DNA of 64,000 nucleotides from an uncultured Solirubrobacterales bacterium (GTDB lineage: Bacteria; Actinomycetota; Thermoleophilia; Solirubrobacterales; 70-9). Position 1 is the stretch's first letter; every line of letters starts with the position of its first letter. Under the pieces are notes generated by a model. The model worked only from the letters and a program-made list of their open reading frames with translations. It searched no databases and was not told the DNA's origin. The translations under genes were made by a program, and so were the position numbers. The stretch is from positions 3,098-67,097 of the forward strand of contig CAWINX010000003.1 in NCBI GenBank assembly GCA_963837585.1. The letters are read 5' to 3'. Positions 31,297-40,518 of this stretch are shown one piece after another.

Positions 31297-31704
31297 AAAT
31301 CGTCGAAGAGTGGCGTCGCGGCGATCGTCGGCGACGCCTCCAACGAGGAGGGCTACCTGGTCCAGAAGCTGATGCGCGAGGCGCTCGGCTCGCCCCACGT
31401 CGAGTCGCGGGCGGCGGGCGGCCCGAGCCGCGAGGACCTCGTCCGCCTCTCCCAGCCCGAGATCTCGGCGAAGGTCCGCGACATCGACGACGCCGACGCG
31501 ATCCTCGTCCTCGGCACCGATCCGCTGCACAGCAGCCCGATCCTCGACCTCCGCATCCGCAAGGCGATCCGCCGCAACGGCGCCCGCCTCGCGGTGGCCA
31601 CCGAACGCCCGACGGCGCTCGACGGCGGCGCCGAAGCGGTGGCCCGCTACGCCCCGGGCGGCGCCGGCGCCTTCCTCGCCGAACTAGCGGCGGTGCTGGC
31701 CACT

Positions 31705-31808
31705 GCCGGGGCCCCCTCCTCACTCGCAACTCGTCGAAGTGACGCCGAGGGGCTGTCGCCCGAAGCTCAGTCCTCCTCCCGCGCAAAACGTTCGGAGGGG
31801 GCCCCGGC
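31705..31808. repeat. 104-nt element with perfect 15-bp terminal inverted repeats, in frame inside nuoG (copy 1)
   Basis: GCCGGGGCCCCCTCC ... GGAGGGGGCCCCGGC. It translates without a stop as GAPSSLATRRSDAEGLSPEAQSSSRAKRSEGAP between conserved NuoG blocks. Near-identical to the copy at 32571-32674. Confidence 0.85.
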
Positions 31809-32038
31809 AGTGGCCGACATGCTCCGCAGCGCCGAACGCGTCGTCGTCGTCTGGGGCGAGCGGATCGGGCGCGAGCAGGCGCCGTCGCGGCCCTGCTCGA
31901 CGTGGCGGCGGCACTGAACATCGCCGACACCGACGGCTCCGGCCTCCTGGAGATCCCCGACGCCACCAACGCTCGCGGCCTGCGCGAGGTCGGCTGCCTC
32001 CCCGACGCCGGCCCGGGCCTGACCGAGCCGAGTGCACG

Positions 32039-32081
32039 GTTGATCTCCCATACGGAGGAGAACCATGCACTCGTCGGAAAT
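32039..32081. repeat. 43-nt imperfect hairpin inside nuoG, coincident with a frame change
   Basis: GAGTGCACGGTT ... AACCATGCACTC (11/12 complementary arms). NuoG switches from frame 0 to frame 2 across it. Confidence 0.55.
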
Positions 32082-32570
32082 CGACGGAGGAGATCCGCGC
32101 CGCGCTGGAGTCGGGCGAGCTGAAGTCAGTCGTGCTCTTCGGAGTGGACCCGCTCCGCGACTTCCCGGACACCGAGGCCTGGAAGCGCGCCCTCCAGGCC
32201 GCCGACCACGTCGATCTGCCTTCTCGATGTTCGAGAACGCCACGACCGCCATCGCCGACGTCGTCCTCCCGCTGGAAACCCACGCCGAAAAAGACGGCAC
32301 GGTCACGCACCCGGACGGCCGCCTCCAGCGCGTCCGCCCCAGCGCCTCCCGCCCAGGCGACATCCGCCCGAACGTCCAAGTCCTCGCCGACCTCTCGTCG
32401 CTTCTCGGCCACGACACCGGCATCCACTCCCAGCCCTCGGCCTTCGCCGCACTCACGGACGACGTCGCTTTCTACGCCGGCATCGACGGACTCGGACATC
32501 GGCGGCCGCGGGCATCCGCTGGCAGGACGGTCCCTCGGCCTCGAAACTGCCCACCTTGGGCGAGGAGGGC

Positions 32571-32674
32571 GCCGGTACCCCCTCCTCACTCGCAACTCGT
32601 CGAAGCGACGTCGAAGTGCTGTCGCCCGAAGCTCAGTCCTCCTCCCGCGCAAAACGTTCGGAGGGGGTACCGGC
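32571..32674. repeat. 104-nt element with perfect 15-bp terminal inverted repeats, in frame inside nuoG (copy 2)
   Basis: GCCGGTACCCCCTCC ... GGAGGGGGTACCGGC. It translates as GTPSSLATRRSDVEVLSPEAQSSSRAKRSEGVP within ORF 32556..32993. Confidence 0.85.
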
Positions 32675-32989
32675 GCCCTCGCTCAAGCTCGGCACGTACA
32701 GAGACCTGTGGGCCGGGCCCGATCACCGAACTGAACCCACCGCTGAGATTCCTGACGCCCCAGCAACGAGTCGAGCTGTCACCGGCCGACGCCGAACGGT
32801 TGGAGCTGCGAAGCGGCGACGAGGTCAGCTGTGGCCCAAAACGGCGTCCAGCGTGCGCGCCAAGGTCGCGATCAAGGAGCGAGTGAGCGAAGGGGTTTGC
32901 TTCTTGGTCGAAGGGACAGCGACCGAGGGCAACGCAAATGCACTGCTGAACGGTGGGCCGGTCGAGGTGCAGATCAGCAAGGAGCTTGC

Positions 32990-33988
32990 GTGATCCCGAT
33001 CGCCGACCCGAGCTACGCCGAGGCGACCTGGGTGATGATCGTCAAGTCGCTGGTGATCTTCGGCGTGATCTTCGGGATCCTGCCGCTGATGACGGTCCTG
33101 GAGCGCAAGCTGATCGGCCGCTTCCAGCATCGTTACGGCCCCAACCGGGTCGGCCCGTTCGGCATCCTGCAGCCGCTTGCCGACGTCGGCAAGCTGCTCG
33201 GCAAGCAGGCGTTCCGGCCCGCCAACGCGGTGCCGATCCTGTTCATCCTCGGCCCGCTGCTGCCGGTCTTCTCCGGGGTGCTGGCGCTGGCGATCATCCC
33301 CTGGGGCAACGTCCAGGACGGCGTCGGGCTCTACGGGATCGACGTGCCGATCGGCATCCTCTACTTCTTCGCGGTCGGCTCGATCGCCTTCTACGGGCTG
33401 GTCCTCGGCGGCTGGGGCTCGGGCTCGAAATACAGCTTCCTCGGCGCGATGCGCTCGGCCGCGCAGCTGATCTCCTACGAGGTCTCGATGGGGCTGGCGC
33501 TGCTCGGCGTGGTGATGATGAGCGGCTCGCTCTCGCTGGTCAACGTGGTCGAGGCGCAGGGACAGATCTGGTTCATCATTCCCCAGTTCGTCGGCTTCCT
33601 GATCTTCATGATCGCCGGCTTCGCCGAGACCAACCGCGCCCCGTTCGACCTGCCGGAGGCCGACGCCGAGTTGGTCCAGGGCTTCATGACCGAGTACGGA
33701 GGAATGCGCTTCGGCAGCTTCCTGCTGGTCGAGTACATGGAGATCATCGTCGTCTCCGGGATCGCCGCGGCGATGTTCCTCGGCGGCTGGATGGGGCCGG
33801 GCCCGGGCTGGCTGGACCCGATCTGGATGCTGGCGAAGATGCTCTGCCTCGTCCTCGTCTTCATCTGGGTGCGGGCGACCGTGCCGCGGCTGCGCTACGA
33901 CCAGCTGATGAGCCTCGGCTGGAAAGTGCTGCTGCCGCTGGCGACCCTCAACGTCCTGGTCACGGCCGTGCTGGTGGTGGTGACGTGA
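32990..33988 (+). CDS. nuoH: NADH-quinone oxidoreductase subunit H
   Basis: GTG at 32990 in a GTGA overlap with nuoG. Intact. ERKLIGRFQHRYGPNRVGPFGILQPLAD...FAETNRAPFDLPEADAELV. Confidence 0.92.
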   Translation: MIPIADPSYAEATWVMIVKSLVIFGVIFGILPLMTVLERKLIGRFQHRYGPNRVGPFGILQPLADVGKLLGKQAFRPANAVPILFILGPLLPVFSGVLALAIIPWGNVQDGVGLYGIDVPIGILYFFAVGSIAFYGLVLGGWGSGSKYSFLGAMRSAAQLISYEVSMGLALLGVVMMSGSLSLVNVVEAQGQIWFIIPQFVGFLIFMIAGFAETNRAPFDLPEADAELVQGFMTEYGGMRFGSFLLVEYMEIIVVSGIAAAMFLGGWMGPGPGWLDPIWMLAKMLCLVLVFIWVRATVPRLRYDQLMSLGWKVLLPLATLNVLVTAVLVVVT

Positions 33989-34530
33989 GCGAAGAGTTCC
34001 CCTACCTGAAGGACCTCGAGGTGATCGAGGTGCAGCGCGGGCCCGAGCCGGGCGGCCCCGGCGGCGCCTGGCGCTCCTTCCGCGAGACGCTGCGCGGGCT
34101 GAAGACGACGATGGCGCGGCTGATCGAGGGGCCGCTGACGATCCAGTACCCCGAGGAGAAGACCCCGGTCTACCCGCGCTTCCGCGGCCGCCACAAACTC
34201 CACAAGTTCGAGGACACGGGGCTGGAGAAGTGCGTCGGCTGCTCGCTCTGCGCCGCCGCCTGCCCGGCCGATTGCATTCGCGTCGTCGCCGCCGAGAACA
34301 TCCCGGGCGACCGCGTCTCGGCCGGCGAGCGCTACGCCGCGGTCTATGAGATCAACCTCTCGCGCTGCATCTTCTGCGGCTACTGCGAGCTGGCCTGCCC
34401 GTTCGACGCGATCACGATGGGCCACGACTACGAGATGGCCGACTACGACCGCGACGACCTGATCTTCACCAAGGAGATGCTGCTCGCCGAGTCGCTCGAG
34501 CGGGCGCCGCTGAAAGCGGAGGGCGAGTAG
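33985..34530 (+). CDS. nuoI: NADH-quinone oxidoreductase subunit I
   Basis: GTG at 33985 (GTGA overlap). Two 4Fe-4S motifs, [12 protein letters not shown] and [12 protein letters not shown]. Confidence 0.92.
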   Translation: MSEEFPYLKDLEVIEVQRGPEPGGPGGAWRSFRETLRGLKTTMARLIEGPLTIQYPEEKTPVYPRFRGRHKLHKFEDTGLEKCVGCSLCAAACPADCIRVVAAENIPGDRVSAGERYAAVYEINLSRCIFCGYCELACPFDAITMGHDYEMADYDRDDLIFTKEMLLAESLERAPLKAEGE

Positions 34531-35094
34531 TGGAGGCGGTGCTCTTCTTCCTGGCGGCGATCGGCGCCCTCGGCGGCGCGATCGGCGTGGTCGCGCTGCG
34601 CAACCCCTTCTACAGCGTGCTGGCGCTGATCGTCCACCTCTTCTCCCTCGCCGTCCTCTTCCTGCTGCTGACCGCGGCCTTCGTCGCCGCCGCGCAGGTG
34701 GTCGTCTACGCGGGGGCGGTGATGGTCCTCTACGTCTTCGTCGTCGCCTACGTCGGGGGCGACGAGGAGTCGGCCTGGGAGCCGATCCCCGGCCAGCAGT
34801 TCCTGGCGCCGCTGCTCGGCGTCGCCGTCTTCGTCGAGCTCTCCGTAGCCGTCCTCGCCTCCTCCCTGCTGGCGCTCGGCCACGACGGCCCACACGTCGG
34901 CCCCGGCTTCGGCAACCCCGCCGCGATCGGACGCCTGCTCCTAGAACGATTCCTGGTGCCCTTCGAGGCTTCTTCGATCCTGCTGCTCCTGGCGGCAGTG
35001 GGCGCTGTGGTGCTCGCCGGACGCCGCGACTCGTCGGGGGGGTCGCAGGGGGGTCCTCCGAACACTCAAGCGAGGCTCCTGCCGAGCGTTCTGA
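34530..35094 (+). CDS. nuoJ: NADH-quinone oxidoreductase subunit J (3' end uncertain; as sequenced it is fused in frame to nuoK)
   Basis: ORF 34530..35432 reads through from NuoJ ([33 protein letters not shown]...) into NuoK with no stop. A 1-nt change in the G7 run at 35036-35042 would terminate NuoJ at TGA 35092-35094. Confidence 0.8.
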
Positions 35095-35112
35095 GGAGCC
35101 CCTGCGACCCCC
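35038..35112. repeat. 75-nt GC-rich palindromic element at the nuoJ/nuoK junction
   Basis: GGGGGTCGCAGGGGGGTCCTC ... GAGGAGCCCCTGCGACCCCC. The interior CCTCCGAAC... resembles the reverse complement of the nuoG 104-nt element end. Confidence 0.7.
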
Positions 35113-35132
35113 GTCCCCGTCGGAGGTGCGTC

Positions 35133-35432
35133 ATGAGCATCGAGTGGTACATCGTCCTCTCCTCGCTGCTGTTCACAGTAGGCGCGGTAGGGGTCCTGAT
35201 CAGGCGCAGCCCGGTCGTGATCCTGCTCTGCCTCGAGCTGATGCTGAACGCCGGCAACCTGGCGCTGGTCGCCTTCAGCCGCATGGTCGGCAACCAGCAG
35301 GGGCAGGTCTTCGCCCTGGTGGTGATGGTCGTCGCCGCCTGTGAGGTGGTCGTCGGCCTCGGCCTGATCGTCGCGATCTTCCGCCGCAAGATCCCCCTCA
35401 ACGTCGACGACCTGCGGGAGCTGCGCGGATGA
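35133..35432 (+). CDS. nuoK: NADH-quinone oxidoreductase subunit K
   Basis: ATG at 35133, preceded by [53 protein letters not shown]... Confidence 0.9.
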   Translation: MSIEWYIVLSSLLFTVGAVGVLIRRSPVVILLCLELMLNAGNLALVAFSRMVGNQQGQVFALVVMVVAACEVVVGLGLIVAIFRRKIPLNVDDLRELRG

Positions 35433-37438
35433 GCGCCACAACCTGGGCCTGGCTGGTCCTGCTCTTCCCGCTGCTCGGCTCGATCGCGATCGCGCTCGGC
35501 TTCCGGACGATCCCGACCCGCGCCGCCGGGATCATCGGCACCGTCGCGATCGCCGCCGCCTTCGCCTGCGGGATCGGCGCCCTGCTCAGCCTGCTCGGCG
35601 AGTCGCCCGACGCCCGCCACCACGCCTCCTCGCTGTGGGACTACGCGAGCGCCGCCGGGCTCGACATCAAGCTCGGCATCTTCGTCGACCCGCTCTCGGT
35701 CTTCATGGTCCTCGTCGTCACCGGCGTCTCGACCCTGATCCACCTCTACTCGTTCGGCTACATGCAATCCGACGAGGGCTACCACCGCTTCTTCAGCTAC
35801 CTCAACTTCTTCGTCTTCTCGATGCTGCTGCTGGTCCTCGCCGGCAACTTCGTCCTGCTGATCGTCGGCTGGGCCTTCGTCGGCTTCGCCTCCTACGCGC
35901 TGATCAGCTTCTGGTACCGGCGCACCACCGCGACCCGCGCCGGGATGAAGGCCTTCGTGATCAACGTGGTCGGCGACATCGGCCTCGTCCTCGCCGCCCT
36001 GCTGATCTTCCGCGAGCTGGGGACCTTCGACTACCAGGCGGTCTTCGCCAAGGCGCCCCACGTCCTCCACACCAACGGCTGGACGGCGACCGCGATCTGC
36101 CTGCTGCTGCTGGTCGGCGCCTTCGCCAAGTCGGCGCAGCTGCCGCTGCACACCTGGCTGCCGGACGCGATGGAGGGCCCGACCCCGGTCTCCTCGCTGA
36201 TCCACGCGGCGACGATGGTCACCGCCGGCGTCTACCTGATCGCCCGCACCCACGTCCTCTTCCTGCTCGCCCCGACCGCCGCCGACATCGCCGCCTTCAT
36301 CGGGCTGGCGACGCTGCTGGTCGCCGGGACGATCGCGCTGGTGATGACCGACCTGAAGCGGGCGATCGCCTACTCGACGATGAGCCAGATCGGCTACATG
36401 GTGGTCGGCGTCTCGATCGGCGCCTACAGCGCCGGGATGTTCCACCTGATGACCCACGCCTTCTTCAAGGCGCTGCTGTTCATGGCGGCCGGCTCGATCA
36501 TCGCCGGGATGGCGAACGAGCAGAACATCGACAAGATGAGCGGCTTCGGCAAGGCGATGCGCTTCACCTCGATCACGATGCTCTGCGGAGGGCTGGCGCT
36601 GGCCGCCTTCCCCGGCACCTCGGGCTTCTTCTCCAAGGACGAGATCCTCGCCTACGCGACCGCGCGCGGAGGCATGTACCTGACCTTCACCGTGCTCGGC
36701 TACGTCGGCGCGCTGCTGACCGCGATCTACACCTTCCGGCTGATCTTCCGCGTCCTCCCCGGGGTGCCGTGCAAGGAGGCGCAGGAGCTGATCGACACCG
36801 GCCACATAGCCCACGAGGCCCCGTTCAACCCGGCGACCGGCGAGGCCGAGGACACCGAGGTCGGCTTCCCCGGCGCCGAGCACCACATCGCCGAGCAATC
36901 GGCGCCGATGCGGATCGCGATGGGCGTGCTCGCCTTCCTGGCGCTGTTCGCCGGCTTCGTCCAGGTGCCGGGGGTCGACGAGACGATCACCAAGTTCCTC
37001 GACCCGGTCTTCGCCGACTCGCCGCTGGCGACGATCGTGCCCTCGGTCTCCGCCTCCTGGGCCGGGCTGGCGATCGGCGCCGCCATCTCCGTAGCCGGGA
37101 TCGCGATCGCCTACTGGGTCTACGTGCTGCGGCCGGGGACCTCGGCGGCGCTGATCCGTCGCCTCGGGCCGCTGCACACCTTCCTCGTCAACAAGTGGTA
37201 CTTCGACGAGGCGATCGACATCCTCGTCGTCCGCCCCGCCCTGGCGATCGGCCGCTTCGCCAACCGGACCTTCGAGCGGGTCGTCGTCGACGGGCTCGTC
37301 AGCGGCACCGAGGACGTCGTCGGGGGTGGCGGCCGCCTCGTCCGGATCGTGCAGAGCGGCTACCTGCGCGGCTACGCGCTGCTGCTGGTCGCCGGCTTCG
37401 CCGGGCTCGCCCTCTACTTCTTGCTGGCGAGCTCATGA
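35429..37438 (+). CDS. nuoL: NADH-quinone oxidoreductase subunit L
   Basis: Intact 669-aa ORF with an ATGA overlap with nuoK. The antiporter-like subunit pattern is present (WEGVGLASYLLI-type region [14 protein letters not shown]; [12 protein letters not shown]). Confidence 0.92.
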   Translation: MSATTWAWLVLLFPLLGSIAIALGFRTIPTRAAGIIGTVAIAAAFACGIGALLSLLGESPDARHHASSLWDYASAAGLDIKLGIFVDPLSVFMVLVVTGVSTLIHLYSFGYMQSDEGYHRFFSYLNFFVFSMLLLVLAGNFVLLIVGWAFVGFASYALISFWYRRTTATRAGMKAFVINVVGDIGLVLAALLIFRELGTFDYQAVFAKAPHVLHTNGWTATAICLLLLVGAFAKSAQLPLHTWLPDAMEGPTPVSSLIHAATMVTAGVYLIARTHVLFLLAPTAADIAAFIGLATLLVAGTIALVMTDLKRAIAYSTMSQIGYMVVGVSIGAYSAGMFHLMTHAFFKALLFMAAGSIIAGMANEQNIDKMSGFGKAMRFTSITMLCGGLALAAFPGTSGFFSKDEILAYATARGGMYLTFTVLGYVGALLTAIYTFRLIFRVLPGVPCKEAQELIDTGHIAHEAPFNPATGEAEDTEVGFPGAEHHIAEQSAPMRIAMGVLAFLALFAGFVQVPGVDETITKFLDPVFADSPLATIVPSVSASWAGLAIGAAISVAGIAIAYWVYVLRPGTSAALIRRLGPLHTFLVNKWYFDEAIDILVVRPALAIGRFANRTFERVVVDGLVSGTEDVVGGGGRLVRIVQSGYLRGYALLLVAGFAGLALYFLLASS

Positions 37439-38938
37439 CCAACCTGCTGCTCTGGACACCGCTCGCCTTCGGCCTCCTCGGCTTCATGCTGCCGAAGCGC
37501 TCCGCCGGCTGGTGGGCGACGGCCGGGGCCCTGGTCACCCTCGGCCTGGCGATCGCGATGCTGGTCGGCTTCGACTCCGGCGCCAAGGGCCTGCAGGACA
37601 CCGTCGACGTGCGCTGGATCCCCGGCCTCGGCGTCGACTACAGCCTCGGCGTCGACGGGCTCAACGTCTTCCTGATCCTGCTGACCGCGGTGCTGTGGGC
37701 CGGCGCCACCGCCTTCGCCGCCTTCCGCGAGCAGGAGCGCCCCCACCTCTTCTTCCTGATGATGGCGCTGGGCGAGACCGCGACCCTGGGCTCCTTCCTC
37801 GCCCAGGACCTGCTCCTCTTCGTCCTCTTCTTCGACCTGATGCTGGTCCCGTTCTACTTCCTCTTCGGCGCCTGGGGGACCGACCGCGAGGACGGCCCGA
37901 GCGCCGCGGCGGCGACCCTGAAGATGATCGTCTACACGCTGATCGGCTCGCTGCTGATGCTGGTCGCGGCGATCGCCACGGCGATCCTCTCCGCCCACGG
38001 CGGCAACATCAGCTTCTCGATCGAGCACCTCGCCCAGCACCCGCTCGGCGTCGGCAGCCAGCGCTGGATCTTCTGGTTCTTCGCCGCCGCCTTCCTGGTC
38101 AAGATGCCCGCCTTCCTCCTGCACGGCTGGATGCCCGACGCCTACCGCGCCGCGCCGCTGCCGGCGCTGGCGGTCTTCTCCGGCGTGCTCGCCAAGGTCG
38201 GCGCCTACGGCTTCCTGCGGATCGTCCTGCCGCTCTTCCCGGCCGCGACGATCCAGTTCCAGGAGGTGCTGCTGGTGATCGCCCTGGCCTCGATCCTCTA
38301 CGGCTCGGTGATGGCCTTCACCCAGACCAACGTGCGACTGATCGCCGGCTACTCCTCGGTCGCCCAGCTCGGCTTCATCACCGCGGGGATCTTCGCCCTG
38401 CGCGCCGACGGCGCCGACGGGGCGGTCCTGCAGATGGTCAACCACGGCCTCGTGGTGGCGCCGATCTTCATCGTCGTCGCGATCCTCGCCGAGCGCTCCG
38501 GCAGCGAGGACCTGCGTGAGATGGGCGGGATGGCGATGCGGGCCCCGGTGCTGGCGGCGCTCTTTTTGATCGTCACCCTGGCGACCCTGGCGATGCCCGG
38601 GTCGGCCAACTTCATCGGCGAGTTCTACATCCTCAACGGCCTCTTCCAGGCGAAGATCGTCTTCGCCTTCATCGCGATCAGCGGCGTCGCGATGTCGGCC
38701 TACTACGCGCTGCGCCTCTACCAGCGCACGATGCACAACCGCAAGCCGGAGGGGCTGGCCTCGCGTGAGATCGGCTGGCGCGACGGCATCGTCCTCGCCC
38801 CGCTGGTCCTCTGCATCATCGGCCTCGCCCTCTACCCGCAGCTGATCCTGAAGCGGACCGACAAGGTCGGTCCAGGCGCAGGTCTCCGCCGTGCAGAAGC
38901 CCGACACCCCGTCCGCGCACCTCGCCACGACCCGATGA
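37435..38938 (+). CDS. nuoM: NADH-quinone oxidoreductase subunit M; apparent frameshift near 38861-38870 removes its stop
   Basis: [17 protein letters not shown]... lies within ORF 35635..40437. After ...LILKRTD, a shifted frame gives SVQAQVSAVQKPDTPSAHLATTR followed by TGA in an ATGA overlap with the nuoN start. As sequenced, M and N form one ORF. Confidence 0.88.
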
Positions 38939-40437
38939 ACTTCCACGCCCCCCACCTCGACTACGCCGGGCTCTCGCCCGTGATCGCCCTCACCGCGGGG
39001 ATCTGCGTGGTGCTGTTGACCGCGGTCTTCGAGCGGACCAAGCGGATGGCGCCCTGGCTGACCCTGGCGGTCCTGGCGGTGACGGCGGCGCGACTGATCA
39101 TCCAGTGGAACGACCCGACCGACCTGGTTTCGGGAGCCCTGCGAATCGACGGCCTGGCGATCACGATCTCCCTGCTCGCGGTCCTCGCCGCCGCATTCAC
39201 GGTCCTGCTCTCGATCCGCGAGCCGGCCGCCGAGGAGGCGGGACTGGGCGAATACCACGTCCTGCTACTCGGCTCGGTGCTGGGGATGACGCTGCTCGCC
39301 CAGGCGCAGAACCTGGTCAGCGCCTTCGTCGCGATCGAGACCCTCTCGATCCCCCTCTACATCCTCTGCGCGACCAACCTGCGCCGCGAGCGCTCGCTCG
39401 AGTCGGGGCTGAAGTACCTCGTCGTCGGCTCGCTCGGCTCGGCGACGCTGCTCTACGGGATGGCCTTCCTCTACGGAGGCTCGGGCTCGACCGACTTCGC
39501 CGGCATCGCCGCCGGAATCAGCCAGAAGGGCATCCTCGGCGACCCGCTCGTCCTGGTCGGGATCGCGATGGCCGCGGTCGGCCTCGCCTTCAAGACCTCG
39601 ATAGCCCCCTTTCACCAGTGGACGCCGGATGTCTACGAGGGCGCCCCCACCCCGATCACCAGCTTCATGGCGGTGGCGACCAAGGCGGCGGCCTTCGCCC
39701 TCTTCGTCCGCTTCTTCGATGTCGCCCTGGCGCCGCAGGCAAGCGACTGGCAGCCGGCGCTTGCGGTCCTCGCCGCCACCTCGATCGTTGTCGGCAACGT
39801 CGGCGCGCTCGGCCAGCGCTCGCTGAAGCGGATGCTCGGCTACTCGGGTGTCGCCCAGGCCGGCTACATCCTCGGCGGCCTGGTCGTCGCCAGCCAGTCG
39901 GGAGTGGACGCCCTCGTCTTCTACCTCGCCGCCTACACGGCGATGAACCTCGCCGCCTTCGCGGTGATCGTCGCCCGCGAGCGAGAGACCGCCTACGGCG
40001 ACGACATCCGCGCCGTCGAGGGACTCGGTCGCGAGCGCCCGCACCTGGCCTGGCCGCTGACCATCTCGATGCTCGGCCTGGCGGGGATGCCGGCGACCGC
40101 GGGCTTCATCGGCAAGCTCTACCTGATCGAGGCGCTGGTCCAGGGCGACTACACCTGGCTGGCCGTCTTCATCGCGGTCGGCACGATGATCTCCCTCGCC
40201 TACTACCTGCCGGTGATCGCGGCGATGTGGATGCGCCCCGGCGAAGAGGAGTCGGCGACGGCCATGCCGGCGATCGCCGGCGCCGCCCCGGAGGCCGACC
40301 CGATCGACCCCGAGGCGGGCGACCGCATCTACCTCACCGGCCCCGCCCTGCTCGCCGCCGCCGCGGTGATCTTCTTCGGCATCCTGCCCCAGCCGCTCGT
40401 CGACTTCGCCCAGCACGCGGGCTCCGCGCTCTTCTGA
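38935..40437 (+). CDS. nuoN: NADH-quinone oxidoreductase subunit N
   Basis: MNFHAPHLDYAGLSPVIALTAG... to the end of ORF 35635..40437. It contains the typical NuoN block KTSIAPFHQWTPDVYEGAPTPITSFMA. Confidence 0.9.
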   Translation: MNFHAPHLDYAGLSPVIALTAGICVVLLTAVFERTKRMAPWLTLAVLAVTAARLIIQWNDPTDLVSGALRIDGLAITISLLAVLAAAFTVLLSIREPAAEEAGLGEYHVLLLGSVLGMTLLAQAQNLVSAFVAIETLSIPLYILCATNLRRERSLESGLKYLVVGSLGSATLLYGMAFLYGGSGSTDFAGIAAGISQKGILGDPLVLVGIAMAAVGLAFKTSIAPFHQWTPDVYEGAPTPITSFMAVATKAAAFALFVRFFDVALAPQASDWQPALAVLAATSIVVGNVGALGQRSLKRMLGYSGVAQAGYILGGLVVASQSGVDALVFYLAAYTAMNLAAFAVIVARERETAYGDDIRAVEGLGRERPHLAWPLTISMLGLAGMPATAGFIGKLYLIEALVQGDYTWLAVFIAVGTMISLAYYLPVIAAMWMRPGEEESATAMPAIAGAAPEADPIDPEAGDRIYLTGPALLAAAAVIFFGILPQPLVDFAQHAGSALF

Positions 40438-40518
40438 GCCGTGGGCAGCGTCCTCGGTCGCTCGCGTGCAGAGCACGCCACGCTCCCAGCGTCGATCCGC
40501 AAGCTGAAGAGGCCGCGG

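Larger units (their letters stand above)
30344..32993 (+). pseudogene. nuoG: NADH-quinone oxidoreductase subunit G, with about 10 frame changes and several palindromic insertions
   Basis: NuoG sequence can be followed through ORFs 28814 (VSGKEITLIIDGREV), 30408..31271 (2Fe-2S/4Fe-4S Cys motifs), 31372..31917, 31902..32123, 31739..32734, 32065..32886 and 32556..32993 (...VCFLVEGTATEGNANALLNGGPVEVQISKELA). Frame switches fall near 30390, 31215, 31880, 32050, 32215, 32500, 32720, 32825 and 32850. It could be an intact gene if these are sequencing indels. Confidence 0.8.

Noticed and set aside
31277-32652. Minus-strand ORFs 31277..31969 and 31720..32652 sharing RTELRATA(P/L)RR(H/R)FDELRVRRG peptides as a repeated protein family
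   Set aside because: The shared peptide is just the reverse-strand reading of the two 104-nt nuoG repeat elements. The ORFs are antisense to nuoG.
32065-32886. 273-aa ORF with perfect GGAGGA-N5-ATG as an independent gene inside nuoG
   Set aside because: Its first ~50 codons are out of frame relative to NuoG and low in complexity. The rest is simply NuoG sequence. The start context is created by the inserted hairpin.
35635-40437. 1600-aa plus-strand ORF as a single giant protein
   Set aside because: The first ~600 codons are an out-of-frame read of nuoL. The meaningful part is nuoM (from 37435) plus nuoN (from 38935), joined only because a frame break near 38865 hides the nuoM stop.
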